Below, one piece after another: positions 9,288 to 18,674 of a stretch of 64,000 nucleotides of DNA. The position numbers were made by a program, and so were the translations under genes. The stretch spans positions 35 through 64,034 of IMG/VR virus record IMGVR_UViG_3300036827_000034, one strand, 5' to 3'. Every line of letters starts with the position of its first letter. The first letter of the stretch is position 1. The stretch is from a virus. Lineage: Duplodnaviria > Caudoviricetes. The notes beneath the pieces are model-generated. The model searched no databases. It was given only the letters and a program-made list of their open reading frames with translations, and had not been told where the DNA came from.

Positions 9288-10250
9288 TTAGAATATCCGC
9301 AGGAGGAAGTTCGTCACCATCGCAGGCGGCACAATAGCATGAGGACTGCCGCTGCCGAATGGCGTGCCGGTGAAGGTCGATGTCACGACGATAGCCGAGT
9401 TTCCTAGCGGGACACCGATGGCGCCAACCGCAACACCTGCATTCCCCGTGCCGCCAACCGTACCACCGCTCACCACGTTATTGATCGAGCCTGCCGGCGT
9501 GGTTACGGGCATTTCCGCTGTGACAAGCGTATGATTCTCCGAACCGCCTGTATTGCCAAGCACCGTGGGGTCAGAGCCGAAGTAGGTCGTCGTCAGCCGC
9601 GATGCAGCCGAACCGCCCATGTTATCGACGCCAGCGAGCATTCGCCCGCGCAAGTCAGGAATGTTGAAAGTGGTGATGCCGTCGCCACTTCCGTAAGTCG
9701 TTCCGATTAGTGAAAATAACGCTGCATAAGTCGTCCGCGAAATAGCTTGGCCGAATGGCAGAGCAAAGTTTGAGTTCGGCGCGGTTGAACCGATGTACGC
9801 CATTATCCCGCCAAGCGGAATCGAGAACGTCCCGCCGTAGAAGTTCCGCATGATCCATTGAGAACCATTGAACTTCGCGGTGTATGGTGTGCCGAGAACC
9901 AGCGCGCCAGCGCCGATCGCATTGCTCGGGTCGCTCATCAGCGGATAAGTATTGCCGCCATCTGTGGTGAGTGTCGGTGCTATACCGTTAGTCGCGTGAA
10001 CAGTGAACGCAATCAGTTGTCCAGTATTCGGAGTAGCGGCCAAACCTTGGTTTGTCGTCAATGTGTAAGCCGTGGCCGAACCGCCTGTGGTGACAGAACC
10101 GGAAATGTCATCGCGATATTCGGCGGCGCGAGCCATCATGGATCGCCCGCTGTCGTTTACGGATGACGGACTCATCCCTTCGGCCCAAGAAATCGTCGGA
10201 TCGGCGTTAGCGTTGCTAGATGCTGTTTTCGACCAAATCCAGAATGGCAT
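9288..10250 (-). CDS. Tail fibre protein with tail-collar domain
   Basis: IPLGGIMAY...GQAISRTTYAALFSLIGTTYGSGDG.TTFNIPDLRGR. Confidence 0.88.
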   Translation of the reverse strand: MPFWIWSKTASSNANADPTISWAEGMSPSSVNDSGRSMMARAAEYRDDISGSVTTGGSATAYTLTTNQGLAATPNTGQLIAFTVHATNGIAPTLTTDGGNTYPLMSDPSNAIGAGALVLGTPYTAKFNGSQWIMRNFYGGTFSIPLGGIMAYIGSTAPNSNFALPFGQAISRTTYAALFSLIGTTYGSGDGITTFNIPDLRGRMLAGVDNMGGSAASRLTTTYFGSDPTVLGNTGGSENHTLVTAEMPVTTPAGSINNVVSGGTVGGTGNAGVAVGAIGVPLGNSAIVVTSTFTGTPFGSGSPHAIVPPAMVTNFLLRIF

Positions 10251-10966
10251 TACGCACCGCCTCTCGCCGCCGCCGCGATTCTCGCAATCCTCGCCCGCAT
10301 CGCCGCCGTCATCGGATAGTTGATCTGGACTGGCGAGACGGGTTCAAGCGGCTGATCTTCTTGCTGCATGGTCTGTGCGAATTGCTGGAGCGCGGATGAT
10401 GGGTCTGGCGATGCAGATGCGGCAGTCGGTGCCACTGGCTGTGCTGGCGCGGCGGTCGGTGCGGCGGCCTGCTGACTGAATTGACCAGCCGCAGGCGCAG
10501 TGTCCGGTAGTGATACGCCTGCGGCGGGCGCCGCGTCCCCGCCCGAGAGTCCAAGCAATGCGTTGGCGCGAAGCCGATGCGGAGCCATGGTCGCAACCTT
10601 GTCGGCTACTGTGCCGGGAAGGCCGCCGTTCGCTGCGTCCGAACGTCCGTAAAGCCCTGGCCTACCCGCGTTAATGGTTGAGTATGTGTCGAGCAGGCCA
10701 GAACCCGGCTTCAATCCGCGATCACGAAGGTAGGCTTCAACTGCTGGCATTTGCTCTGCGGGAGTTTGGTCAGGTGTCACGCCGTACTTCTTCTGGTTCT
10801 CAGGATTGAACTGGATAACTCCTAGATACTGTCCACCTTTTCCACCCCACACGTTCCGGCCATTGCTTTCGTAGAGAATGCTGGTCAATAAATCTGACGG
10901 GCTGATTCCCAAGCGGCCTGCGGAAGCGCGCACAGCATCGAGAAATGCAGGATCAGGAGAAGCCAT
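10250..10966 (-). CDS. Virion-associated lysozyme/transglycosylase-like protein
   Basis: ISPSDLLTSILYES...YLGVIQF...EQMPAVEAYL; A/P/Q-rich tail. Confidence 0.7.
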   Translation of the reverse strand: MASPDPAFLDAVRASAGRLGISPSDLLTSILYESNGRNVWGGKGGQYLGVIQFNPENQKKYGVTPDQTPAEQMPAVEAYLRDRGLKPGSGLLDTYSTINAGRPGLYGRSDAANGGLPGTVADKVATMAPHRLRANALLGLSGGDAAPAAGVSLPDTAPAAGQFSQQAAAPTAAPAQPVAPTAASASPDPSSALQQFAQTMQQEDQPLEPVSPVQINYPMTAAMRARIARIAAAARGGA

Positions 10967-11171
10967 GACCTACCTAGCCCTCAGATTTCCGCGCGCCGTG
11001 TGTCTGATCGCCTTCGCATTGCTGTTTAGCACGTTCCTGTATGTCTGGCATTGGTTCATCTATCGGCACCGCGCATCGTTCATGGAGTGGCTTGTTGCAA
11101 TGCTGGTGCTGGTTGGATTGGTGTGCGTCCTACAGCACCGCCAGCGGTCGAACCGATTGCGCCGCCCGTAG
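10965..11171 (+). CDS. Small antisense two-TM membrane protein
   Basis: AGGAGA RBS at 10955-10960; two hydrophobic helices; shares CATG with the opposite-strand start. Confidence 0.55.
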   Translation: MTYLALRFPRAVCLIAFALLFSTFLYVWHWFIYRHRASFMEWLVAMLVLVGLVCVLQHRQRSNRLRRP

Positions 11172-13056
11172 TCGCATATTGCAGCAATGAAGCGATCTGC
11201 GGATTGGTCCTAGCGAGACGCAACGTGCTTGGTTTGATCGGACGCGCCATCACGCCCGCAGCAATGCGGCCTCCGATTGCTGTTGGGATAGCGATATGCG
11301 GTTGCATCACCGCGCCCGTCGCGGTCGCGAGCAAGCTACCGGCTCGAGCGGTGCCGCTTGGATTGCCGAAGCTCTGCAGCCGCTTGGCGTGGCTCGACAT
11401 CAGCGCAATATCTTCCAGCGCATCGGCTAAGTCGTTCTGGCCCGTCGATCTGAACAATAGCTGCTTGCCATTCTCGGATAGCTTTCCATAAGCCGTCAGG
11501 AAACGCTCAGGGCTGAACTTGCCTTCGGCGTCTCTGCCGATGCGCGAGATAGCCGCGGATGCCACTTCACCCCAATTGTTGCCGCCGATGGTTTTGCGCG
11601 CCAGCATCAGCTTGTTGATGTCGGCCCGCGAACTGGTGCTTGCCATGCCGACAAGGCGATCAATGACTTGCTCTGGTGCCGCTTGTGCCTGTGTGCCGAC
11701 CACCTTCGCCAAGGCTTCACGGCGCTGCGATACGATCTGGTTGATGGTGTTGGCGCGGTTAAAGGCTTTTAACGCTGGCTGGCCGCCAGCATCCAACACC
11801 GTGTTCCGCAAGTCCTCGGTCAAGGCACCATAGATGCGCTTGAGATCAGGCATTGATGTGCCCGCTTCCGGCAGGATCGAGCCGTCGAGATAGGAGCCGA
11901 TCTGCGTCCGCAGAGTTTTCAAGCCTTGATAGGTCAAGCCGCCACGCGACATTGCAGGCAGGGCATTGGAAACCAGATCAACCGCCTTGCCTGCATCTGT
12001 CATCTTCGCTGCCAGCCGCTCGGACAGGATTTTGCCTGCTGTTTGCTCGGTCGCGGTGAGCGGGCGGGTCACATTCGGGTTAATCAGCGGGTCAACCGCG
12101 CCATAGAGCCGTCCCATTACGTCTTTCGACTTGCCGGTGATCCAGTCGGTCAAGCCAGTCTTGGCAGTCTCGCCAGCATTGAGAACGCTGCCGCTGCCAT
12201 AGCCTTGTTCGGTGCGACGAAGCGCATCGCCCATTTGGCTGCTGGCCTTGAGCGAGCGATCAACAATCGGATCGCCGATGAATGGAAATTCCTTCAATGC
12301 ACCGCCGACCCGCTGCGTAATCAGATTGGGGCTTGCGGCCACGGCTGGGAATTGGACGCCTTGGCGTTGCGCCGCTTCCGCAAGCGCATTGGTTGCCCCG
12401 GCCCTCGGTGCCGCATTGCCGACCACTGAACCAACCGCCTTGCCGATCAGCGGGCCAGCAATGCCACCACCCGCGCCAAATTCGGCAGCACGCAATGGAT
12501 CATCGCCGCGCGTTGCAGCGTCAGCGGCGCTCAGCCCCGCGCCGCTCGCCGCGCCGCGTGCCGCATTGGCGAGCAGCGAGCCGCCGCCAACGCCGAATGC
12601 CGCAGGAGCCGCCGCGATCAGTGGAGCCGTGCCAGCCACGCCGCCTGTGATCTTCGCTGCGGTGTCGAGAACCGGATGCTGTTGTGCGAATTGGGCTTCG
12701 CGATCGGTCAGTTCTTTCAACGAATTGGAATACCGCTCGCCAAAGGTTGAACCCTGTAGCTGGTTCTTGTCGTCGTAGAAGCGATTGAGAACCGGAGCGA
12801 TCAGCGCGTTGGTCGCGGCATCGAGTTTGTTCAGTGTCCCGCCGACAACCGGGACACCGCTGGAAAGCGAACGAACCACATCACTTGCTGTGGCGTCCGC
12901 AGTCGGCGCGGGCTGTGCGGGCTGCTGTGGCTGTGCCTGTCCGCCCTTCAAGCTCCCAGCGATTTCATCAACCGTGCGGTTCTGGTCCTCGGGCGATAGC
13001 TTGAGGAACGAGTCATCGACTTGGACTTGCTGGCCTTGGATGTTGAGAACGGGCAT
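11080..13056 (-). CDS. Large ejection/internal virion (DNA transfer) protein
   Basis: A/G-rich helical protein, NPSGTAR motif, position after smaller ejection genes. Confidence 0.7.
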   Translation of the reverse strand: MPVLNIQGQQVQVDDSFLKLSPEDQNRTVDEIAGSLKGGQAQPQQPAQPAPTADATASDVVRSLSSGVPVVGGTLNKLDAATNALIAPVLNRFYDDKNQLQGSTFGERYSNSLKELTDREAQFAQQHPVLDTAAKITGGVAGTAPLIAAAPAAFGVGGGSLLANAARGAASGAGLSAADAATRGDDPLRAAEFGAGGGIAGPLIGKAVGSVVGNAAPRAGATNALAEAAQRQGVQFPAVAASPNLITQRVGGALKEFPFIGDPIVDRSLKASSQMGDALRRTEQGYGSGSVLNAGETAKTGLTDWITGKSKDVMGRLYGAVDPLINPNVTRPLTATEQTAGKILSERLAAKMTDAGKAVDLVSNALPAMSRGGLTYQGLKTLRTQIGSYLDGSILPEAGTSMPDLKRIYGALTEDLRNTVLDAGGQPALKAFNRANTINQIVSQRREALAKVVGTQAQAAPEQVIDRLVGMASTSSRADINKLMLARKTIGGNNWGEVASAAISRIGRDAEGKFSPERFLTAYGKLSENGKQLLFRSTGQNDLADALEDIALMSSHAKRLQSFGNPSGTARAGSLLATATGAVMQPHIAIPTAIGGRIAAGVMARPIKPSTLRLARTNPQIASLLQYATTGGAIGSTAGGAVGRTPIQPAPALQQATP

Positions 13057-13895
13057 TAGGGCGCAATGCTCCACTGAATGCCGGTGCTGGTGCGGCGCGG
13101 CCCTGCGGGGGACTGTGGTTGAGCTTGCGCTTGCGGTGCGGCGGGCTGGCCTTCCGGCATCTTGGCATCGCCTGATTGAACCAATTGATCGAGTGCAGCG
13201 CGGTTATGCGGTGACAATGCCTCAAGCGGCAAACTGACCGATCGACGCCCGGAAGCATAAGCGGATTCATGCTCGTGAACGCGCCCTTGCAGAAGCGATA
13301 GCAGGCGAATGATGGACGTTTTGTTCACAACGCCAGAGGCATCAGGGTCGAGCAGTTTGCGGATTTCAGCTTGGCCGCCCAATGTCGATTTGCCAGTCAA
13401 GGCAAAGTCTAGTTCGCGAACGAATGGTTCGGCATTGGCCTCAAAGTTACTGCGGGCGGTTTGGTAATCCTTGCTGACCTGCCCACGGATCGTATTGTAA
13501 GGCGTATTGATCGCTGGCAGCGTGTCGAAATTGCCGAGTGCATCGGTCGCCTTGAGCAATGGAATGGCATGAGTGATGGCGGTATTTGCCGCCCGCAACT
13601 GCCGAAAACCTTCACCGCCGCCGCGGTAGCTTTTGTCGAGACTGAGATACGTTGGATAGTTCTCCGCACTGAATGTCGGATCATAGTGCTGTGCGTGGTT
13701 CACCAACGCCTGCCCGTATGGCGTTTTCATCAGGAAGCCTTGCGGATACGGGCTGCGGCCTTCCACGATAGACTTGACGACCGGCTGCAAGTTCGGCGTG
13801 ACGTACTTTTTCAGATAGTCATCGCCAGTCTCAGTAATCGGTGCAGGCGCCGTAGGCGCTTGGGCGACTGGATCGTTTTCCCAAGGATCAGGCAT
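13056..13895 (-). CDS. Ejection/internal virion protein
   Basis: Stop/start overlaps; MPDPWENDP N-terminus. Confidence 0.65.
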   Translation of the reverse strand: MPDPWENDPVAQAPTAPAPITETGDDYLKKYVTPNLQPVVKSIVEGRSPYPQGFLMKTPYGQALVNHAQHYDPTFSAENYPTYLSLDKSYRGGGEGFRQLRAANTAITHAIPLLKATDALGNFDTLPAINTPYNTIRGQVSKDYQTARSNFEANAEPFVRELDFALTGKSTLGGQAEIRKLLDPDASGVVNKTSIIRLLSLLQGRVHEHESAYASGRRSVSLPLEALSPHNRAALDQLVQSGDAKMPEGQPAAPQAQAQPQSPAGPRRTSTGIQWSIAP

Positions 13896-14827
13896 CAGCC
13901 TCCCCCTGCACTCTTAATTCGCGGAGTGCCTTTCGGATCAATGTAAGTCGTCCCCACAGGCAGGGCGGTATAGTCAGCATGGTTTCGCACCTTCGGTGGC
14001 CCTTGTGACAGATCGGCGGGAGTAATGCGTTGCTGATCTTCCGATACCCACGCGCTCTGCGGCATCCCATCAGGACCAGTGACGGTCTGCAATTTCGGCG
14101 TCCCGCCGCCGAACAACTGCGGAATCACCCGCGTCAAAGCTTCCTTGTTCGAGGCAATCGCAATCGCGTCGTTCGGGCTGTAGCCCTTCTTAACCAAAGC
14201 ATCGACCGTGGCGTTCGTCCCGGCGAGTTGCTGTGCAAATGGTGCAGCGCGGCCAAGGCCACGGCTCAAGCCCTGTCCGAATGACGGTGCCCCAGCCAAG
14301 CCAGAGCCGAGCGCCATGAACATTCCGGCGTTGTTCGGGCTGAGAAGTCTGCTGAGAAGCCCTTGGATTCCGCTAGGCGCAGCCGCTGGTGCGGTTTGGC
14401 CGCCCTGACCACTAGCGGCAGGGGCGATATTCATTGGCGGCGCTGGCGGCTGTCCTTGGGCCATGGCGTCGAGTTTGGCGCCGATAGGGCGCGGGTCAGG
14501 CCGCGGCAATGGGACACCATTGCTGACGACTTCGGGCTGGTTCGATGTCGGGTCGTTTGTCTTGGGTGGCAGTGGGGATTGGCCGCCTGTCCATGCCTCA
14601 TTCGGCTCCGCGCCGGATTCGGCAGCACCACGCATCATCCCGCCGCTTGGATTGTCAGGCGACTCGCCGGAAAAGCCGGGATGGGTCGGGCGACGGTTAA
14701 GCGATTTCAGGAGTTCGCTGAGCATCCCCGACACTTGCCCCATGGACGCGCCGGCAGGCACGGGCGGCATACCCATACCCGAGGCATCCCCGCCGAAATT
14801 CGATAGAAGATCGAGCAGCCCAGCCAT
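13895..14827 (-). CDS. Ejection/internal virion protein
   Basis: MAGLLD start, P/G-rich, C-terminal YTALPVGTTYIDPKG..R.K. Confidence 0.65.
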   Translation of the reverse strand: MAGLLDLLSNFGGDASGMGMPPVPAGASMGQVSGMLSELLKSLNRRPTHPGFSGESPDNPSGGMMRGAAESGAEPNEAWTGGQSPLPPKTNDPTSNQPEVVSNGVPLPRPDPRPIGAKLDAMAQGQPPAPPMNIAPAASGQGGQTAPAAAPSGIQGLLSRLLSPNNAGMFMALGSGLAGAPSFGQGLSRGLGRAAPFAQQLAGTNATVDALVKKGYSPNDAIAIASNKEALTRVIPQLFGGGTPKLQTVTGPDGMPQSAWVSEDQQRITPADLSQGPPKVRNHADYTALPVGTTYIDPKGTPRIKSAGGG

Positions 14828-15193
14828 TTACCACCCGTTCGCGCCGCCGCCGCCCATCATTCCCCCGCCACCGCCACCGCCGCCGAACAAACCAGCCAGT
14901 GGATTGCTTGGGGCGGCTCCCCCGCTCGGTCCAGCCATCCCCCGCTGCATCCGCTGCATCAGCATCCCGAGCAAGCCGGTCGGTGCCGCGCCACCCGTTC
15001 CCATCGCAGGGCCTTGGCCGCCGCCTTGAACGTAAGCCGGATCACCCGGAGCAGGCGGGGCATCAGGACGGACGGGCGCGTTCTGATCTGGCGCGGAAGG
15101 CATGAGCGGGTTCTGCCGCTGGCGCTGCAATGCCGCCATCAGGATTTGTGGGCCGATGTCGGCAAGACTGCCGGGAGGTCCGAATGGCATCAT
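14828..15193 (-). CDS. Low-complexity G/P/M-rich internal virion protein
   Basis: Tight operon spacing; poly-Gly C-terminus. Confidence 0.55.
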   Translation of the reverse strand: MMPFGPPGSLADIGPQILMAALQRQRQNPLMPSAPDQNAPVRPDAPPAPGDPAYVQGGGQGPAMGTGGAAPTGLLGMLMQRMQRGMAGPSGGAAPSNPLAGLFGGGGGGGGMMGGGGANGW

Positions 15194-15660
15194 GCTCTCC
15201 TTGCGATGCGCGGCGGCAATGGTCCGCTGATTATGGTGCTGCCGTCAGCTTTGGTTCTCTCAAAATACATTCGCTGGATTGGCGCAGTCGTCTCGGTTCC
15301 AGCAGCCGCGCGCAATTCAGTTCCATCGGCCATGTATTCCGCGATCACGACAAATTTCTCGCCAGCCTCCAACCGCTCGACCACATCCGATTTGCTGTAT
15401 GGGCCAAGTTCAAGAATGACATTCTCGCGGCCAGATTTGCTCAATCGCCTGATATGATCGGCGGATATTTTCCCCGCATTGAAATGGAATATGCCGCGCG
15501 GCGTTTCGATCCGAGCCATGCCAGTAGGCAACGGCAGTTCTGGCGTGCCTTTCGGAAACATCTGCGCGCAGCGTTTGCCTGAAGTCAGCCGCTCTTGCTG
15601 CATGAGCAAAGTTGCCATCGGTTCCGGCTCATTGAGTCCGGTATCGTCAAATTTCATCAT
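15190..15660 (-). CDS. Hypothetical protein
   Basis: ATGA overlaps at both ends. Confidence 0.7.
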   Translation of the reverse strand: MMKFDDTGLNEPEPMATLLMQQERLTSGKRCAQMFPKGTPELPLPTGMARIETPRGIFHFNAGKISADHIRRLSKSGRENVILELGPYSKSDVVERLEAGEKFVVIAEYMADGTELRAAAGTETTAPIQRMYFERTKADGSTIISGPLPPRIARRA

Positions 15661-16565
15661 ATCGCCGCCAAGAGCGGAAGCAGCCCGGCAACGCCTGCCG
15701 AGCCGCCGAGCGAACTGAGTATCCCCGCGCCACCCGCCAAGCCGCCCAAGATATTCCCCGCCGTGCTTTGCGGCTGCGTCGTGGTCGAAGTGCCAGAGCC
15801 GGTCGAGGATTGCCCAAGCCCAGCAATCGACGTGAGCGGCCCGAGCAATGCCGAGAGATTGGCGAAGGGCTGAGAGTATGCCGTGTTCGCGGCACCGAGT
15901 TGTGTCTGTGCCGGCGCGGTGAAAGCCTGCATCAATTGCGGGATGAGGCCGAGTGCCTGCGTCTGGTTTGCGAGCGGGACTTGCTGTTGGCCGGTGATCT
16001 GCCCTGCTGTGGTTCCCGTGCCGCTGAATAAGCTATTCGCGGCATTCATCTGATTTGCTTTGTTCTGATTGTATTGCGCGGCAATCGTCGGAGCTTCGCC
16101 TTGCGTCAGGCCGCGCCCGAGGGATTGAGCAAATGAACCCGCGCCCGATGGGTCGCGCCCCGAACCAGCATAAACGCCCTTCACCGAATTGGTGATGTCG
16201 TTCGTCATTGTCTTGAGCGCGTCAGAGAATCCCGGCGTTGAATACGGATTTAGATCAGCACCCGAGGCAGTCCCGCCGATATTGCCTTGCAGTCCGCTCA
16301 ATGCACTTTGCAACATGCCAACCTGTGGCGTCGTGCTTGAGCCGAACAGATTGGTGAGCGCGGTCGAGCCAGAACCGCTGAAATCCGGTAGATTGCTAGT
16401 CGCACCAGATAGATTGGATAGCGCCGATGTCTGCCCGCTCGTTACGTCAGTCGGCGTGGACGTGTATTTCGATAGCAAGTCCATCAAACCGGGAACGGCA
16501 GGTCCCCACGGCTGCGTCTGGCTATTCTGAGTAGTTGCAGTTGTTTGCTTGCTAGAGCCGGAAAT
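15657..16565 (-). CDS. P22 gp7-like small ejection/pilot protein, ATT start
   Basis: AGGAGG-5nt-ATT gives (M)SGSSKQTTATTQNSQTQPW in frame with ORF 15657-16487; Q/N/G/S-rich, LNPY, hydrophobic GL-rich C-terminus. Confidence 0.7.
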   Translation of the reverse strand: MSGSSKQTTATTQNSQTQPWGPAVPGLMDLLSKYTSTPTDVTSGQTSALSNLSGATSNLPDFSGSGSTALTNLFGSSTTPQVGMLQSALSGLQGNIGGTASGADLNPYSTPGFSDALKTMTNDITNSVKGVYAGSGRDPSGAGSFAQSLGRGLTQGEAPTIAAQYNQNKANQMNAANSLFSGTGTTAGQITGQQQVPLANQTQALGLIPQLMQAFTAPAQTQLGAANTAYSQPFANLSALLGPLTSIAGLGQSSTGSGTSTTTQPQSTAGNILGGLAGGAGILSSLGGSAGVAGLLPLLAAI

Positions 16566-16574
16566 GGTGGCCTC

Positions 16575-17000
16575 CTACAACAGCGCCTTTTCAAAGCTGA
16601 CTGTCTTAGGGGCATAACCGCGGAGCATCTTGCCCCACCCTGGACGACCCTCAAACACCATCTTACTACAACCTTCGGCGCGTGCATACGCCTCGATTTC
16701 TTCCTGATGGTCGGTGCAGTATTGCAGCGCATCTGCGCCAGCCGACACCATCCGGCAGACCAGCCCTGACCGTTGCCGCTCTAGCGATGTCGTCAAACAC
16801 CCGACTATTTTCAGCCCTAGCACAGCAATCCAGAGCAAGCCCTTTTCCTCGATCAACCATGTCCGCACGTCAGGCGTCGGCAGATCGACCGCGGCATGGG
16901 AGTCGTCAATCATCTGCGCCACAAACGGCCAGAACTTCGGGACTTCCTTCGGGGGAACGCAATAGAGAATGGACTTGCGATGGGCGGGGGCGTGCATCAC
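16575..17000 (-). CDS. GNAT-like structural-module protein
   Basis: LWIA..IVGC.TT, IEAYARAEGC....EGR.GW...L. Confidence 0.6.
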   Translation of the reverse strand: MMHAPAHRKSILYCVPPKEVPKFWPFVAQMIDDSHAAVDLPTPDVRTWLIEEKGLLWIAVLGLKIVGCLTTSLERQRSGLVCRMVSAGADALQYCTDHQEEIEAYARAEGCSKMVFEGRPGWGKMLRGYAPKTVSFEKALL

Positions 17001-17329
17001 GCGCCGCCGCGGATTTCAAAATCAAAAGTTTGTCCAGCGTTCGGCGTGTTTGCATGGGTTACGACGAAGCTTCCTTGCGCCTTCGCGCTGATAAACCAGG
17101 AATATGCAATCGCCTGCGCATTCGCTGTCTTGGGCGAGAGAAACACCGCAGAGTTCTCATTCATGTTCACCGCCGCTGGCGAGGTCGCTTTCGTCACGGT
17201 CGTAGTCGATTGATTCGCCCGCAGCGTCACTTGCCCGACCGCGTTAGATCGCCCCTGTGCAAGCTGCAAGATTGCCTGCACGATGTTCCAAATCGACTGC
17301 TCATTAGGCGGAATGTTGATCCCGCTCAC
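16997..17329 (-). CDS. Tail/head-closure structural protein
   Basis: GRSNAVG.VTL, GSFVVTHAN; GTGA overlap. Confidence 0.6.
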   Translation of the reverse strand: MSGINIPPNEQSIWNIVQAILQLAQGRSNAVGQVTLRANQSTTTVTKATSPAAVNMNENSAVFLSPKTANAQAIAYSWFISAKAQGSFVVTHANTPNAGQTFDFEIRGGA

Positions 17330-18672
17330 GGCTGGTTATCCTGCTTCGGAGCAAGTGAGCCGAAACCGCCAGCACCTATCGCGCCGGGAACCATATATTT
17401 CCGCAGAATGTCGATTAGCTTGTCATTGAACACGACATAGTTGCTCGTCTGATTTCGATAGGTGTCTCGTTCTCTCTGCAAATTGGTAAGTTTGTCTTTC
17501 ATCCGCGCTTGGTCCCCGCCACCGCTTGCAATGTCTTTCTGCAAGACTTCAATGCGGGCATCTAATTGCTGTGGCGTCAGGCTTGAGAAGCCGGGATGAC
17601 GTGACCCTTGGTCAAGATACTTGATGCCGGGAACGCCAGCCTTGTTGAGCATAGCCGAAGCATTTTCTTTAGATGGCGTCAAAACAGTTTGCAGTCTGGA
17701 TTTGTCACCACCTACAGATTTCAGGGCATCTTCATAAGTGGCCGCATTTGAAGCTTCCCATGGCGATGATATATCTGGACGGACGGCAAATCGCTGCGAA
17801 GGAATATAATTGTGGTAGGCGTTAGCCCCACTAATTCCGCTTTCAATATTCTTGTCGAATGGATAGAGCACGTCGCGCGGCACAATGCTGCGAATCTGAT
17901 CTACTATTGGCTGATCGCGAAGCGGCTTATCCCAATTCAAGAACTCGTCAGGATGGGCGTTGATGTTGACTTCATACATGCGGCCATGAGGAATCTTAGC
18001 AGCCCGATCAATCGCATCTAGCGTTTCCGGTTTCGGCCCAAAAGAACTTCCGCGCAGCGATTTAATATAAAGCTGTTTAGCTAATTCTGGATCTCCTTTT
18101 GCATCCTGTAACCAACCGGCGGCCCAACCTTTGCCAGCAGCAAGTTTATTTTTGTAATCAGTTGCCACCTTCGGATTCTCAGCAAAATACAACCCATGAC
18201 CATAAGACTGCGCGCCTTCGCCCGTGCCGATCTTGTTGAGATCGAAGCGATCAAAATCATGCGGCGAGCCGTGGTAGGCGCGGATACCTTTCGCCGCGCT
18301 TCCCAACGCATCAGCCGGAACACCACCCATCACCCCCGGCGCTCCAATGACGTTCATCGCGGTTTCCGCCCCCAATGATGCCGCCTCACGGCGCGGGTCG
18401 TAGTCGGTGGAGACATCCATCGGCTTGCCGAGCGCGAACGGCGCGGACTGCATCGGAAATTGTTCGTTTGCGGCTTGCGAAGCAGCGTTCGCGAAGCCCG
18501 CGCCCGCTCCGTACATGCGCTGCGGTATCTCGCTCAATGCCTGCAACAACGGCGGGTTAGGTCGAGCCGCTATCCCCCGTCGCTGCCGCAATGCCGCCGC
18601 CTGTGCCGCAGCCTCCACCGCAGCCTGTTCCTCGGGCGATGACGGCGCGAGACTGCCCCAAATGTCAGGCAT
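17326..18672 (-). CDS. Polyvalent-protein-type ADP-ribosyltransferase-like protein
   Basis: AYHGSPHDFDRFD...IGTGEGAQSYGHGLYFAE, GIKYLDQGSR, NYVVFND. Confidence 0.75.
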   Translation of the reverse strand: MPDIWGSLAPSSPEEQAAVEAAAQAAALRQRRGIAARPNPPLLQALSEIPQRMYGAGAGFANAASQAANEQFPMQSAPFALGKPMDVSTDYDPRREAASLGAETAMNVIGAPGVMGGVPADALGSAAKGIRAYHGSPHDFDRFDLNKIGTGEGAQSYGHGLYFAENPKVATDYKNKLAAGKGWAAGWLQDAKGDPELAKQLYIKSLRGSSFGPKPETLDAIDRAAKIPHGRMYEVNINAHPDEFLNWDKPLRDQPIVDQIRSIVPRDVLYPFDKNIESGISGANAYHNYIPSQRFAVRPDISSPWEASNAATYEDALKSVGGDKSRLQTVLTPSKENASAMLNKAGVPGIKYLDQGSRHPGFSSLTPQQLDARIEVLQKDIASGGGDQARMKDKLTNLQRERDTYRNQTSNYVVFNDKLIDILRKYMVPGAIGAGGFGSLAPKQDNQP

Positions 18673-18674
18673 GG

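Noticed and set aside
6985-10250. Diversity-generating retroelement or tail-fibre shufflon
   Set aside because: No reverse transcriptase, TR/VR pair or inverted alternative fibre ends noticed
14840-14885. CCG/CCA repeat tract
   Set aside because: Explained by a poly-Gly coding stretch
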